From NCBI RefSeq assembly GCF_006345805.1, contig NC_042998.1:62434001-62498000 (forward strand): a stretch of DNA of 64,000 bases, given 5' to 3'. The position numbers and the translations under genes are program-made. Source of the DNA: Octopus sinensis (Eukaryota). Below are positions 49,233-63,202 of the stretch, in pieces (position 1 is the first letter of the stretch; each line of letters opens with the position of its first letter). Under the pieces are notes generated by a model. It did not search any database. It saw nothing but the letters and a program-made list of their open reading frames with translations, and had not been told where the DNA came from.

Positions 49233-49646
49233 GCGCAGGAGTGGGTGTGTGGTAAGTAGCTTGCTTACCAACCACATGGTTCCGGGTTCAGCCCCACGGT
49301 GTGGCATCTTGGGCAAGTGTCTTCTGCTATAGCCTCGGGCCGACCAATGCCTTGTGAGTGGATTTGGTAGACGGAAACTGAAAGAAGCCTGTCGTATATA
49401 TGTATATATATATATATGTATGTGTGTGTATATGTTTGTGTGTTTGTCCCCCTAGCATTGCTTGACAACCGATGCTGGTGTGTTTACGTCCCCGACACTT
49501 AGCGGTTCGGCAAAAGAGACCGGTAGAATAAGTACTGGGCTTACAAAGAATAAGTCCAGGGATCGATTTGCTCGACTAAAGGTGGTGCTCCAGCATGGCC
49601 GCAGTCAAATGACTGAAGCAAGTAAAAGAGTAAAGAGAGTAAAGAG
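49233..49646 (+). mobile_element. SINE family A, full length
   Basis: GCGCAGGAGTGGGTGTGTGGTAAGTAGC...AAGTAAAAGAGTAAAGAG. Confidence 0.9.
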
Positions 49647-49658
49647 TATACATAAGCT

Positions 49659-49980
49659 GAGACCCCCTTCGGTCATGACTGACCATGGGATTACACCTAG
49701 GAAGTTACCCTCCCAGGCATAAGTCCGGGAAAGGTTGTTTTATGGAAGGCCAGCAGTCGCCCATGCATACCGTCCTCTTCTTCTCAACGCCAAGGGAAAA
49801 GCAAAGGCCGGTACAGCTTGGCACCTGTGACATCGCAACTCATTTCTGCAGTTGAGTGAACTGGAGCAACGTGAAATAAAGTGTCTTGCTCAACAACACA
49901 ACACGCAGCCAGGTCTGGGATTCGAACACACAACCTCACGGCGTCAGCTCGACGCTCTAACCACTGAGTCATGCGCCTTC
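49659..49980 (-). mobile_element. SINE family D (tail as in 4282-4628)
   Basis: GAGACCCCTTCGGTCATGACTGACCATGGG...CTCTAACCACTGAGTCATGCGCC. Confidence 0.85.
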
Positions 49981-51624
49981 ACGCGCCTTCATATATATAT
50001 ATATATTATATATATATATATATATATCATATACACACATACATTTACACAAACATTTATTTGACTCATGGATATATATATTCTTACCTTTTCAGAAGCA
50101 CACGTGTATGTACGCACCACGCGCTCTGAATCTCATACATATTAAAGATCTGCCAGAGGCCACAGCAAAATCTTGCTTTAGCTTGCCATTATAACCCTTT
50201 TCTGATGATACTGAGTGTTTTCGCCGTACTCGAACAAATAATTTAAGAAGAAAATCTCGTAGAAAATACAATTCTTGCTACGTAACCTTTCTTGAATTGG
50301 CTGCTCTGGAGACAATGAGAGAGTAATCTCCAACGTAGTTAGAGATTACTTGCAACTAGCCTCCAATTCACAACCTATCTTTTATAAAAGGAGGTGGCGC
50401 ATATTGAATAATGTAGACTTATATATACTATGCCTGAAGGATATGGGATGTGAGAATCACGATTGCTACATCTTTGAACACAGGTCTGTTCGATGACAGT
50501 TGACTTAGGGTAAGCAACAACATGAATCGATATTTCTTGCTTGTTCAAGAAAAAGGAACGCCACAAAACATAAGCCTGAGTTACAGGGAAGCTTATGACT
50601 GTAGGTCATAGGTATATGTCTTTTAAGTATATAAGGCGGTCATTAATACATACATCTTATGTAAAATTAAAACTAAAAATGAAGGTAATAAAAACTGGTT
50701 TGTTATTAAATGCGGGTTTCTTGAAAAACAAAAGTAGGTAAGATACAATTACAATGAAGGGAAAATTAAACTAAAGGAAGGCCTAGCAACTTCATCGGCA
50801 TTGAGAAATGTTGATCGTTACATTGTCAGCTTCCTCTCTGGAGGAACAGGTCACAAATACATTCCTATCATCGATTATGTACTAAGGTAAAAAATACGCA
50901 AGCTTTTGAACTAGCAGTTCAGTGGTTCGTCGGCGTGCTAGAAATAGCCACCAAAACTCCCCCGGAGCAAATCCTGCAGACTTCATAAAAGAAGGTCTAC
51001 ACTGGAAAATTAGCCGCAGATATTCTGTATCTGGTTGTGGTTGGAATGTTTTTGGTCATAGGCCTGTTGGGTCAGGGATGAATCAGAAATTAAACAACAA
51101 CAACAACAACACCAACAAGAAGACAACAGCTACAGAGACAACAATAAAAACAAACAAACAAAATCCACGCCAACGAAACGATTGTTTTGTACCAAGTATT
51201 TGAAGGAGAGACTGGTCCTTAATCGAAATCCAGCTGTCTTCTTCCGACTTCACAGAAACATTGCTATCAAGTCCTAAGACGTTTTGAAGATAACAGCGCG
51301 AATTTGCCAAGGGCCCCGATTCCGAACCAGTTCAAGTCAAAGTATTTAATTTGGCTGTATAGCTGCAGGTCATCTCTGGTCAAGCAGATAAAAAATCAAA
51401 GGATTTATAACCGTGACCACTTCTATTTTAAAATATTTTTTATTAAAGGCATAGGAGTGGCTGTGTGGTAAGTAGCTTGCTTACCAACCACATGGTTTCG
51501 GGTTCAGTCCCACTGAGTGGTACCTTGGGTAAGTATCTTCTACTATAGCTTCGGGCCAAACAAAGCCCTGTGAGTGGATTTGGTAGAGAGAAACTGAAAG
51601 AAGTCTGTCGTATATACGTATATA

Positions 51625-51790
51625 TATATATATTTTTTTCTCTCCTTGTTTTTTCTGTGTCCCTTTCTGTAGAAGAACGTAGGCTCGAAACGTAAAAGAC
51701 TTTTTCTATTCCTGAGCGTTATACTAATACATCTGTTTGTTTTGTACACCACCTGTCTTCGTCTTTTGTTTTTTTCGTAAACTTTCCCTA
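51625..51790 (+). mobile_element. Short PLE-derived repeat nested in the SINE (TA)n
   Basis: Matches 13753-13866 and the reverse complement of 690-870. Confidence 0.7.
51663..51698 (+). ncRNA. Atypical minimal hammerhead-like motif
   Basis: CUUU-CUGUAGA-A-GAAC(GUAG)GCUC-GAAAC-GUA-AAAG. Confidence 0.4.
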
Positions 51791-51943
51791 TATATAAATA
51801 TATATATAATATATATATATATATTATATATATATTATAATATATATTATATATATGTGGTGTGTATATATAGATATGTGTATATATATATATATATGTA
51901 TATATTGTATATATATATATGTATATATATGTATATATATATG

Positions 51944-51994
<51 letters not shown>

Positions 51995-52070
51995 GTGTGT
52001 ATATATATATATGTATATATATATATATGTGTGTATATATATATATATGTGTGGTATATATAATATGTAA

Positions 52071-52102
<32 letters not shown>

Positions 52103-52104
52103 GG

Positions 52105-52142
<38 letters not shown>

Positions 52143-52246
52143 ATATATATATTATATATATGTGTGTGTATATATATATATGTGTATATATATATATATG
52201 TATATATATTATATATATATATGTATATAATATGTATATATATATG

Positions 52247-52297
<51 letters not shown>

Positions 52298-52412
52298 GTG
52301 TGTATATATATATATGTATATATATATATATGTGTGTATATATATATATATTGTGTGTATATATATATATATAATATATATATATAATATATATATATGT
52401 TTATAGGTATGG

Positions 52413-52459
<47 letters not shown>

Positions 52460-52480
52460 GTGTGTTGTGTGTGTGTGTGT
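51790..52480. repeat. About 700-bp (TA)/(TATG) array with internal higher-order duplication
   Basis: Direct reading. Confidence 0.9.
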
Positions 52481-53481
52481 TTTGTGTATCTGTGTTTGTC
52501 CCCTCAACATCGCTTGACAACCGATGCTGGTGTGTTTACGTCCCCGTAACTTAGCGGTTCGGCAAAACAGACCGATAGAATAAGTACTAGGCTTACAAAG
52601 AATAAGTCCTGTGGTCGATTTGGTTGACTAAAGGCGGTGCCCCAACATGGCCACAGTCAAATGACTGAAACAAGTAAAAGAGTAAAAGAGGTTACATTAT
52701 TATATGAAGTGTGCTTTCATTTTTGAAGATTGAAGGGCGTGTTTTGAGTCAGACATGCCTGTTGTTTCTAGCAGGCCAAGTTGCCGCATGGAGGCTAGCT
52801 CGTTGGCTAACTCAACAGAAGTCTGAAGAGTTATATAAAAGAAATTAGTCAGCTTCTTGTGTCAGCTATTTCGTTCGTCCTTTCTCCATGCCTTTTCCAA
52901 CCACCAGAGGCTTGTATTTGCGACACTTGTGGAGTCGATTCTCCGAAATATTGGTTTATATAATTAATTAATACAATCACCAAAGTAATACAATTAATTT
53001 GCAAACAATTGCAAGGTTACTTACTTAATAATAACTAATATATTTCAATTAATCTAATTGTTCGATCGACACATATTACAGTACAGTGAACCTTTACTTG
53101 ATCCTCTCAAGTGATTATCTGGGAAGAAGAAATTGGATGCCATGATTATGGTCGTCAAAGGAGAATTTAGAATTGATGTTATAACAGTGCGAAACCAAGA
53201 GATATGTAGGAGACTGGTTGGTTGATTGTAAAACTAGATTAAAGTGATATTAATTGCTAGTAGAGACAGCGTATTTCATTATGCAACCATGGTACACAAC
53301 CAAGTATATTAAAGGCTTATAAGTCAATACAGTGTCCTACTTGTGTTAAAAGTGCTCTTCAGTAATGCTTTAAATTATCTCTACAGACTTTCTATAGAAA
53401 CTAGAGCCGGCACTGAAAGTTACGACGTTTCCTATACGAATACGTCTATGTAAATAATGGGATCGAAGCTAGAAAAATCGT

Positions 53482-53851
53482 GGCACTCCGTCGGTTACGA
53501 CAACGTGGGTTCTAGTTAATCTGATCAACTGAACAACCAGCTCGTGAAATTAACGTGCAAGTGGCTGAGTACTCCACAGACATGTGTACCCTCAATGTAG
53601 TTTTAGGAGAGATTTAGCGTGGCACAGAGTGTGACAAGGATGGCCCTTTGAAATACAGATACGACAGAAACAGGAAGAAAGAAAGTTGTGGTGAAAGAGT
53701 ACAGTAGGATTCGCCACCACCACCTGCTGGAGTCTTGTGAAGCTTTAGGTGTTTTCGCTCAATAAACACTGAAAACGCACGATCTGGGAATCGAAACCGC
53801 GATCCTACGACCGCGAGCCCGCTGCCGTAACCACTAAGCCATTGCGCCACC
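53482..53851 (-). mobile_element. SINE family C head with the tail shared with 40201-40521
   Basis: Minus head GGTGGCGCAATGGCTTAGTGGTTACGGCAGCGG; tail ..GTCGTAACCGACGGAGTGCC. Confidence 0.8.
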
Positions 53852-53873
53852 ACAGTTAGAAAAGTAGGTAATG

Positions 53874-53918
53874 AGTGTACATGAATGTTTCAGGAGTTTT
53901 CGTTCCTTCTTCAGCACT
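53874..53918 (-). ncRNA. Canonical minimal type I hammerhead ribozyme
   Basis: Minus strand AGUG-CUGAAGA-AGGA(ACGAAAAC)UCCU-GAAACA(UUCA)UGUA-CACU; all three stems pair and the core is canonical. Confidence 0.8.
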
Positions 53919-54073
53919 ACATAGAGCACATTTACCATTCCCGAACACGTTGCTTAAATATCCACCAAATTTAGCAGTGTAGCACCAAACATGTCAAACA
54001 CATACCTGGCAACTGGTACGTATATATTAATTGCTGGTAGGGACACCATATGGTGTCGTGAAACCATAATCTT

Positions 54074-54470
54074 TTCTGCTCTAAGCACAAGGCCCGAAAG
54101 TTTTGGGGAGGGGGGCAGTCGATTAGATCGACCCCAGTACGCAACTGGTACTTAATTTATCGACTCCGAAAGGATGAAAGACAAAGACGACCTCGGCGGA
54201 ATTTGAACTCAGAACGTAGCAACGGGCGAAATACCTATTTCTTTATTACCCACAAGGGGCTAAACATAGAGGGGACAAACAAGGAGAGACATAGGTATTA
54301 AGTCGATTACATCGACCCAGTGCGTAACTGGTACTTAATTTATCGACTCCGAAAGGAAGAAAGGCAAAGACGACTTCGGCGGAATTTGAACTCAGAACGT
54401 AGCGACGGGCGAAATGCCGCTAAGCATTTCGTACAGTGTGCTAATGATTCTGCTAGCTCATCGCTTTACC

Positions 54471-54517
<47 letters not shown>

Positions 54518-54917
54518 CTTTTCTACTCTAAGCACAAGGCCCGAAATTTTTGCGGAGTGGGGGGCAGTCGATTCGATCGACCCCAGTACGTAATGGGTAC
54601 TTAATTTATCGACCCCGAAAGGATGAAAGACAAAGACGACCTCGGCGGAATTTGAATTCAGAACGTAAATACAGACGAAATACCTATTTCTTTACTACCC
54701 ACAAGGGGCTAAACACAAAGAGGACAAACAAGGACAGACAAACGGATTAAGTCGGTTATATCGACCGCAGTGCGTAACTGGGACTTAATTTCTCGACCCC
54801 GAAAGGATGAAAGGCAAAGTCGAACTCGGCGAAATTTGAACTCAGAACGTAACGGCAGACGAAATACGGCTACGCATTTCGAGCGGCGTGCTAACGTTTC
54901 TGCCAGCTCGCCGCCCT
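54074..54917 (-). mobile_element. Two tandem SINE family B dimers separated by (AAT)n
   Basis: GAAAGGATGAAAG..AAAG(A/T)CGA..TCGGCGGAATTTGAACTCAGAACG-type units recur four times. Confidence 0.85.
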
Positions 54918-55616
54918 ACAAAAAAGGGATTAAACGTCATATGCGTTAGGATCCAATTTTTAGGCCAATCTTCCACTCCACCAACTACGAAAGCATCATT
55001 CTTACAAGGTTTAATACTTGTTCTCTTCTGTTCTGCTTTCATAGATGATAGTGCTAAAGTCTGTGAAAACAAAATGAATGTTCGCGCTGCTGTTACACTA
55101 TTTTAAACCAAGAAGATACGTAAGCTAGAGTGACATTGCAGCAGTCAATTTTAGTGGAGATCTTTTATAACTGATTAGTGGCGCTGTTTGAGGGGGACGG
55201 GGGATGGTGGGGGTCAAAGGTACCTTATGGCGTCTGCTCCAACTTTTTGAGTCTGACAGCCATGCTTGCAACAACACTGATGCTTACCTGACCGGCACAT
55301 GTCAACAGTCTTTTAATTCGCTAGTCATCGGAATCGTGGAGAGGAGAGATTTGCATGGGAGCCTTCCTCAAGTGAGTCTTGGCAGCTCATACATTGTGGC
55401 ACACACAGAACACAGAATTATACTAGTTACACAAATAAACATTAACCTGTTGTCTTATCATCGTAATATATAAAATTTAACCTCAGACCCAGAAAAATAG
55501 CTTCAAAAGACGTACTACTAGCCCGCGGGGAGAAAAAATACTATGTAGGCATCTAAGAGTTAATTGTTAAAGAATTTTAAATCTGACGGTAACGATTTCA
55601 TTTGTTACGAAACATT

Positions 55617-55832
55617 TTCTTTTCTACTCTAGGCACAAGGCCCGAAAATTTTGGGGAAGGGGCCAGTCGATTAGATCGACTCCAGTACACAACTGATACT
55701 TGATTTATCGACGCCGAAAGGATGAAAGACAAAATCGATCTCGGGCGAAATTTGAACTCAGAACGTAAAGATAGACGAGATACAGCTAAGCATTTCGCCC
55801 GGCGTGCTAGCGTTTCTGCCAACTCGCCGCCT
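55617..55832 (-). mobile_element. SINE family B
   Basis: Reverse complement of the B consensus. Confidence 0.8.
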
Positions 55833-56117
55833 TGTTACAAAAATATTACATGATCTCTGGTTGCTTATTACAAAATGCAACAGCTTTACGCCGTTACTAT
55901 CATCATTTCTTTCAGAAGATGAGGCCAAGAAGATTTTGAAGGCTTAATGGGATCTGGAATGCTATTGTTCCTAAAGTAGGCACTGAGGATTAAGGAAATG
56001 CGAAAAGCTATTACTACTAAGGAATAATAATTCATCAGCGACATACACAAACACACGCGCTCGCGTACACACACGCACGAGCGCGCACAAATATGTATAT
56101 GTATATATATATATACA

Positions 56118-56160
<43 letters not shown>

Positions 56161-56258
56161 TATATATATATTAATATATATATATATATTATATATATAT
56201 ATATATGGAAAAACAAGTCAAGTTAGAAAATGCTAAAATAATTTTATAAAGAACATTT

Positions 56259-56294
56259 CAGTACCGGTTTCAGTCATTGAGACTTTTTCAACTG
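56259..56294 (-). ncRNA. Decayed hammerhead-like motif inside a TA-flanked ~730-bp element (56206-56930)
   Basis: Minus strand CAG-UUGAAAA-AGUC(UCAAU)GACU-GAAAC-CG-GUA-CUG; stems intact, core mutated. Confidence 0.4.
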
Positions 56295-56933
56295 TAACAA
56301 TTAAATAATTAAATTTAGAAAAATAAAAGAAAAGTTTTTTTTAAAGAATATTTGTATAGTGTTCAAATGCAAGTGGCATTTTCCTTGTTTCTGCCTGTCT
56401 CTGTGTCTCCTGTTTACTCTTGTGGGTTCGAGGTCGTTGTGAATTCTTGGTAGGAAAGAAGAAGGAGAAGGGGAAGAAAAGACGAAGAATTTGGGAGTGT
56501 CATGATTGTAGTATTTTGAATGGTCAGTGGAGGAGAGCAGTTCAATTCATGAAAATATTTCTTTTGAGTGTTTTGTTTATAGAATTTGCGTAGGTTTTAT
56601 TCTAAACAGCATTAGTGATAAAGTTAGGCAGGAGAAGGAAGGAGAAGGGGGAGAAGAAGAAGAAAAGAAAGAAGAAGTAGAAGAAGAAGAAGAAGAATAA
56701 GAAGAAGAAGAAGTGGAAGAAGAAGAAGAAGGTGATTATAAAGAAGAAGAAAGAGAAGGGAGAGTAAGAATGAGTGAAAGTAGTGAGGTGTTAAATGACT
56801 TAAAGTTGGCACGTTATGGATTATAGCAGTGATTAGGACTGTTTTTTAATGGACTTTTAGGAATTTAATATTTGCATGTGTATTTGTGCTATTCTAAAGC
56901 CGAGGGGGATATGTCGTTTGTCGTAGACGCGTA

Positions 56934-57002
<69 letters not shown>

Positions 57003-57336
57003 TATAATATATATATATAGTAATAAGAATAGTAGTGCAATTTCCGTATGACATTCTTAATGTATTTGAACATACATTTCTAATTTATCGCAGAATTTCT
57101 CTTCTGTTTGCATTCCTGAATATATCTCTAGCAAATTAATACATTCATGTATATAACCACACGCACAGATCGGCTCAAACACCAGCATATTTATGTATAT
57201 ATGTATGTATGTATTTATATTCATATATATATCTACCTGCAAATGAATATACGAATATATAAATAGATGTTAGAGATACACAAAGAGAATTCCATGATAC
57301 AAGAAATAAGTATACATACAGAAATCTACATACATA

Positions 57337-57371
<35 letters not shown>

Positions 57372-57514
57372 ATATAGTAATATTATATATATATATATAT
57401 AATATATATATATTATATAATATATACATATATATATATAAATATACATATCTGTATATACAATCATACATGCATACATACATACTTACACACACACACA
57501 CACACACACATAAT

Positions 57515-57565
<51 letters not shown>

Positions 57566-58057
57566 TATATATATGTGCATAAAAATACGATGATGATAAT
57601 GATGATGATGTTAATAATAATAATAATAGGTATGAATACATTTCTGTACACATGAAACACTGAAATAGACATTAATTCAACTAGAAAGAAAGGCTTTCGA
57701 TTTCAAGATCCAGAAAGTTCAACCGCAGTTCACCATTTTGGATTTTATTTCAGCACAGTTTTAGCTACCATTTCTTTCCAATTCTTCTATATTGGTTTAG
57801 ATTATCAGACAGAAATTGTAACAGTCTTCTTGCGCATGGATTCAGATTTTTCTCCAGCGGCCATCATGCATCTCTTTGACGTGACCTCTTACATAACTTG
57901 TCTTCGTCATGTTAGTTTGCACAAGAAGTTCAGATAACCTCCATTATTCAGAAAGAACTGAATATATATTTTGCCTACACGAACATACTGGAAAAAGGGT
58001 GTATGCATACCTCACAAGTAGGCAAACACACACACACGCACACACACACACACAGAC

Positions 58058-58103
<46 letters not shown>

Positions 58104-58234
58104 AACACACACATGCACACACACACAAGCGCACACACACGCGAGCTCATATGCACACGTACATGCAGTCGTTTTGATTTCGTGTGTGAATTTCACTTTT
58201 GCTTCTGTGACTAATTCATCCTCTCTGTCAATAT

Positions 58235-58275
<41 letters not shown>

Positions 58276-58499
58276 GACACACACACACACACACATATAT
58301 ATAATATAATTATATATATACATACATACATACATACATACATACATACATACATACTATATATATACATACATACATACATACATACAATACATACATA
58401 CATATATATATATATATACATAGCGACAAACAATTGTATTTAGAAAGATTCTCACATGCATCCCACCGTACATCATATATACATACATACATATAATAT

Positions 58500-58544
<45 letters not shown>

Positions 58545-58711
58545 GGACACAGATATATTACATTACATTATATATATATATATAATTTTACTCATATGTG
58601 CACACAAATATTCGGATTAAGAAATGCATAACTATATTCGTACACATATATACCTATCCCTAATAGAAATGTATGCCTGGTTAGCCACCACACACACACC
58701 ACACACACACA

Positions 58712-58742
<31 letters not shown>

Positions 58743-59131
58743 CACGACACACACACACGCGCACACACGCACACACACATCTCTGACACATATATGTAAG
58801 TGTATATACAGATGTAAAACATTTTATATATATATTTATACAAAAATATGCATGTGTACGTACATACAGATTAAAAGCTTTCTTCTTTTATGTATGTATG
58901 TGTGTGAATGTGTTTGTTTGTGTATATGTGTGTATAAGTGTGTATATTGTGTGTATATGTGTGTATATGTGTGTGTATGTGTTTATATGTGTGTATGCCA
59001 ACTCCCAATAGACATTGGAAATGCATTAAAGCATTTCCGCTAATGTTATTTTATCATCCTCTAAAACCTCTTATATAATAGACAACTGGAGACAAGACAA
59101 AACATACAATGTAACGTCGTTGAACAATGGA

Positions 59132-59171
59132 TAGCCTGAAGATAAGGTCAGATGGTCTTGAAACGTTGATA
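59132..59171 (+). ncRNA. Hammerhead motif with degenerate stem I
   Basis: UAGC-CUGAAGA-U-AAGGUC(AGAU)GGUCUU-GAAAC-GUU-GAUA. Confidence 0.45.
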
Positions 59172-59357
59172 GTATGGGTTAGAGAAAACTAATATGGAAA
59201 CTCTCAGTGAGGCAAACCATCAGAAAATATGAGAACATATATAACGGAACGAATAAGATATTGTCAAAGAAAAGCTGCTACCAGCTAGCAAAGTATAGAC
59301 ACACTATCATGCACCCAAATGTGAACAGTGAGATACATATACATATATATATATAGT

Positions 59358-59476
59358 GGCCTTCTCGCTTAGCCAGCGGGGTGGCGTCATTCGAAGGCTA
59401 AAACAATGCGAATGCATTGTGACCAGCGATGTGTAACTACATCTGATGGACTGGTCGGTCACGTGATCACGTGATA
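59358..59476 (+). mobile_element. SINE family C 3' fragment
   Basis: GCTTAGCCAGCGGGGTGGCGTC...CATTGTGACCAGCGATGTG. Confidence 0.75.
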
Positions 59477-59566
59477 TATATATATATAGATACACACACA
59501 TGTACTTGTTTGCAAAGGTGCATGAGTGTGTGTATGTATGCATATGTATGTATGTATACATATATA

Positions 59567-59943
59567 CAGGGTGATTCAAAAGTCGCCATACGTAGGAATA
59601 ATTTTTCTTTTTATAAGGAACAGTGTATAAGAACAGTTTTTCTTTTTATTTAACAGGCTGTATATGGCTACCACTGTTTCGAATACACATTGCAGTACGT
59701 TAACCCCACTCATTGTGAACTCGTAATAGAACATCTGGTGATACCTGTGCAAATGAGTTGGTGATGCGTTCCTTCAAATGATTTATGTCTTATATCTTTT
59801 AGTGATACACCATGCCTTTCAAATGCCCCCAAAGATAGGAATCAAGAGGGGTCAGATCAGAGAATTTAGGAGATGTTATAAACTGTTTCTTATAAATAAA
59901 TAAATAAATTTTCCCTATGTATGGAGACGTTTGAATCACCCTG
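59567..59943 (-). mobile_element. 377-bp Tc1/mariner deletion derivative with 30-bp TIRs and TA target duplication
   Basis: TA-CAGGGTGATTCAAAAGTCGCCATACGTAGG ... CCTATGTATGGAGACGTTTGAATCACCCTG-TA; minus strand retains a DINHLKERITNSFAQVSPDVLLRVH transposase C-terminus. Confidence 0.9.
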
Positions 59944-59971
59944 TACATGTGTGTGTGTGTGTGTGTGTGTG

Positions 59972-60029
<58 letters not shown>

Positions 60030-60489
60030 GAGACAGAGACAGAGGAGGAAATGCTGAAAATATCAATTTGAACTTAGAACATAAAAACTGAAAGAAATAT
60101 GGCAAAGTATTTTATTCGATGCTCTAACGATTGGGCCAACTAATATCATTCACTATTTGTTTCTGATTTAAGCACAGGGCCAGCAATTTTAAGGAAAAAG
60201 GTTAAGTCGATACTATCAGCAACAGTGGTTCTTTGTCGTTATTGTCACTGCATGTCTAAATCTTTATAAAATTTTTGATGTATCATGTAGATGTAATTTT
60301 TGGCACTGAATTTGTTATTCATTTATTCCAGAAAAACTTTGCGAAAATGCTACAGGTGTTCAAAGTTCGATAATTTTCAGAATTTTCAGCCAATCAGAAA
60401 ACAGCGCGTTCGCTGCTCTTCCATCACCTTCACAGTAGCGAGGAGGTGGTGGTGGGGGACACCGGCATGTCAAACTATGAAACTAGCTA

Positions 60490-60712
60490 CAGTAAACAGT
60501 GGGGAAACATTAAAAGATTCGCGAGCAAATTAAATATTTAAATGCTACGAGCAAACCAACAGAAGTTGCTAGAAATAACAGTCAAAACATTAAAATACAC
60601 ACGAGCAAAGTAAACAGTGAAAAACATTAAAACATTCGCGAGCAAATTAAATATTTAAAAGCTACGAGAAAAACCAACAACAGTTGCTAGAAATAACAGT
60701 TAAAACATTGCT
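60490..60712. repeat. Roughly 119-bp tandem repeat, two copies
   Basis: GTAAACAGTG..AAACATTAAAA.ATTCGCGAGCAAATTAAATATTTAAA.GCTACGAG..AACCAACA..AGTTGCTAGAAATAACAGT twice. Confidence 0.85.
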
Positions 60713-61859
60713 TAAAACAGACATGTATTGGTTAACAGTCTCAAGAACGAAAGTTTGCAATACGCTCTTGGATTTTGTAAAATAAATTATCTTATTTTAT
60801 AAAATAAATGATCTTTCTCATAATTCCTTCTCCACATACATTCACAAAGATAAAAGTCAACCATGGAGCAGTGTGTTCTACAACTGCGTTTGTTTCCACG
60901 CTTTAAAGGTGCCGAGGTACTCTAAATCTGGTGGGTACACTCCTTGTGCACATGTGCAGCATCTTTGGTTACTTCGCAATCAGCTATGGAACATGTGGTG
61001 CTTCTTTGCTTAATATGCTAGCAGAACTTCACGGTAATGTCTAAAATACTTGCCCCTGATTGACTAAAATACCCAAATTTTGCAAATTTAAAAAGCTATT
61101 AACTTTTTAATTATGAATTTATAGGAAAACTGAATTTCATTTTCATTATTAGTATACAAAACTTAATCCATATATCGAATTTTAAAACAATTGGAACAAA
61201 ATCGTAGACAGTGACGATAGCCACAAATATCTACATCATTACTTGATTGGTACTTCATCTTATTGACACCATTAAGAGGAAACACAAAGTTGATATCGGT
61301 GGGGTTTGAACTCAGAATGTAAAGTTCCACAACAAATACCGTGATTCATATTTCAATGCTCCAAAAGTCTTACCAATCCACCTCTAAACCCATAAGTCAG
61401 CCATTTTGCCCAGGCTCTAATTTATGAATCTTTTTCGCAATTCTATTTTTAAAACAGTAATATTCTTTTCTACTCCTATCTTTGTTTATCATGCATTGAT
61501 AATAAAGTATTGTTCTTGAAATCTTCTGACATCTTAGTAACTGTTTTTATTTCGTTAACTGTTAAATATATATATTTGCTAAAAGGATATAGCGATTATC
61601 TAAACCCTTAGATTGTATTTTTTCTAGCAAAAGTTTATCTTTTTTTTATTTCTCTTACAGGATTTTGGCAAGAAGATTCTCTCTAAAAAAAGGGAAAAAA
61701 CAAACAAACACACAAAACAAACAAACAGAATCTAGATTCCTAAAAATACGATGTTTTGAAAGTGTAATAAATCTATCCATTCGATGAGTACAGCGGGTGG
61801 TGATGCTGTGTGTTCTGATTGTCCCGTAATTTTCCAACTTTATATACTTTCATAGTTAT

Positions 61860-62029
61860 ATGCATTGCATACATACATACATACATACATACATACATAC
61901 ATACATACATACATACATACATACATACATACATACATACATACATACATCCTACACACATACATACGCTGATATCTATATGTGTATGCACATATATAAA
62001 TATGTTGCAATGTGTACGCGTATGTATGA

Positions 62030-62064
<35 letters not shown>

Positions 62065-62117
62065 AACATATATTGATATATATGTATACACATACATACG
62101 CAAAAGCACATGCGCGC

Positions 62118-62151
<34 letters not shown>

Positions 62152-62690
62152 TACATGTACACATATAGACGCGTACGCATAACCCCTCCCAACAACACAA
62201 AGAAAGAGACGTGTGAAGGACTATACGAGTATCAAAGCTAACATACACAGCGAAACAGACAGGAAGACGTATACATACATACATACATACATACATACAT
62301 ACATACATACATACATGCATACATACATACATACATACATACATACATACATACATACACACACATATACATACATACATACATACATAGATACATACAT
62401 ACACACATACACACATACATACATACATACTTAACATATACATATACAAACATACATTCATGCACACACATGTATTATAATATATATATATATAATATAT
62501 AGATATAAATATATATATATAACCTACATAACACACGTATTTAACTATATATATATATATAACACGCACACACGCATGCATACACACATATATATACATA
62601 TATATATGCAAGCACACACAACACCACCACCACACACACAGATATATATATATATATACACGCACACTCACACACACACAGATATCAATT
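61860..62690. repeat. (TACA)n/(TA)n/(CA)n microsatellite field
   Basis: Direct reading. Confidence 0.9.
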
Positions 62691-63202
62691 GTTTAACTAA
62701 GCAGACATAAATTTTTCCAAATGTTTTCTATAGTCCTTTGAATTAAACTGTTCTAGATGTTTATATTCCATGCATGATATCATATTTCATACAATAAAAG
62801 ATAATCGCCGTCTCTATTTAACGCACTAATGCCTGCGATAAATCCACTCAATTGCTTACACTTTCATGATCACTGACTATCCATATACGTGTGATCAACT
62901 TTACTGATATTAAGAGGATGAGTAAACATGGCCGCTCTGATATTTCTGCACTTCCCCCCAAGAGAAATAGTAACGTATTTATTAGAAGTCTTTTCGCTGC
63001 TTGTCTGCCACCTGAACGAAACGTTTAAGACACAGAATCTCCGAGTAAAGGCGTAGATGTGAGTAGCTAACAGCTAATAGCTGAATATATATACTCTTAT
63101 ATAAGCTTTACTCGCTGGACTGAACTAGTAATTTCACTAATGGTAATGCCCCAGCATGACCACAACCGATGGTTAAAAAACCCAGTGAAAATTAAGAGTA
63201 TC

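Larger units (their letters stand above)
51447..52690 (+). mobile_element. SINE family A split at its internal microsatellite by a nested insertion and TA expansion
   Basis: Head and core 51447-51615, tail 52485-52690. Confidence 0.8.

Noticed and set aside
50088-50190. Minus-strand GTAAGA donor preceded by a short open frame; similar candidates near 15350, 26190 and 55285
   Set aside because: No convincing acceptor, or no open frame and no recognisable protein; cannot be separated from chance.
52818-52856. CUGAAGA...GAAAU..GUC
   Set aside because: No stem II; consistent with chance in AT-rich DNA.
60760-61200. Possible decayed DNA-transposon end and coding remnant
   Set aside because: No matching second terminus or diagnostic motif found.
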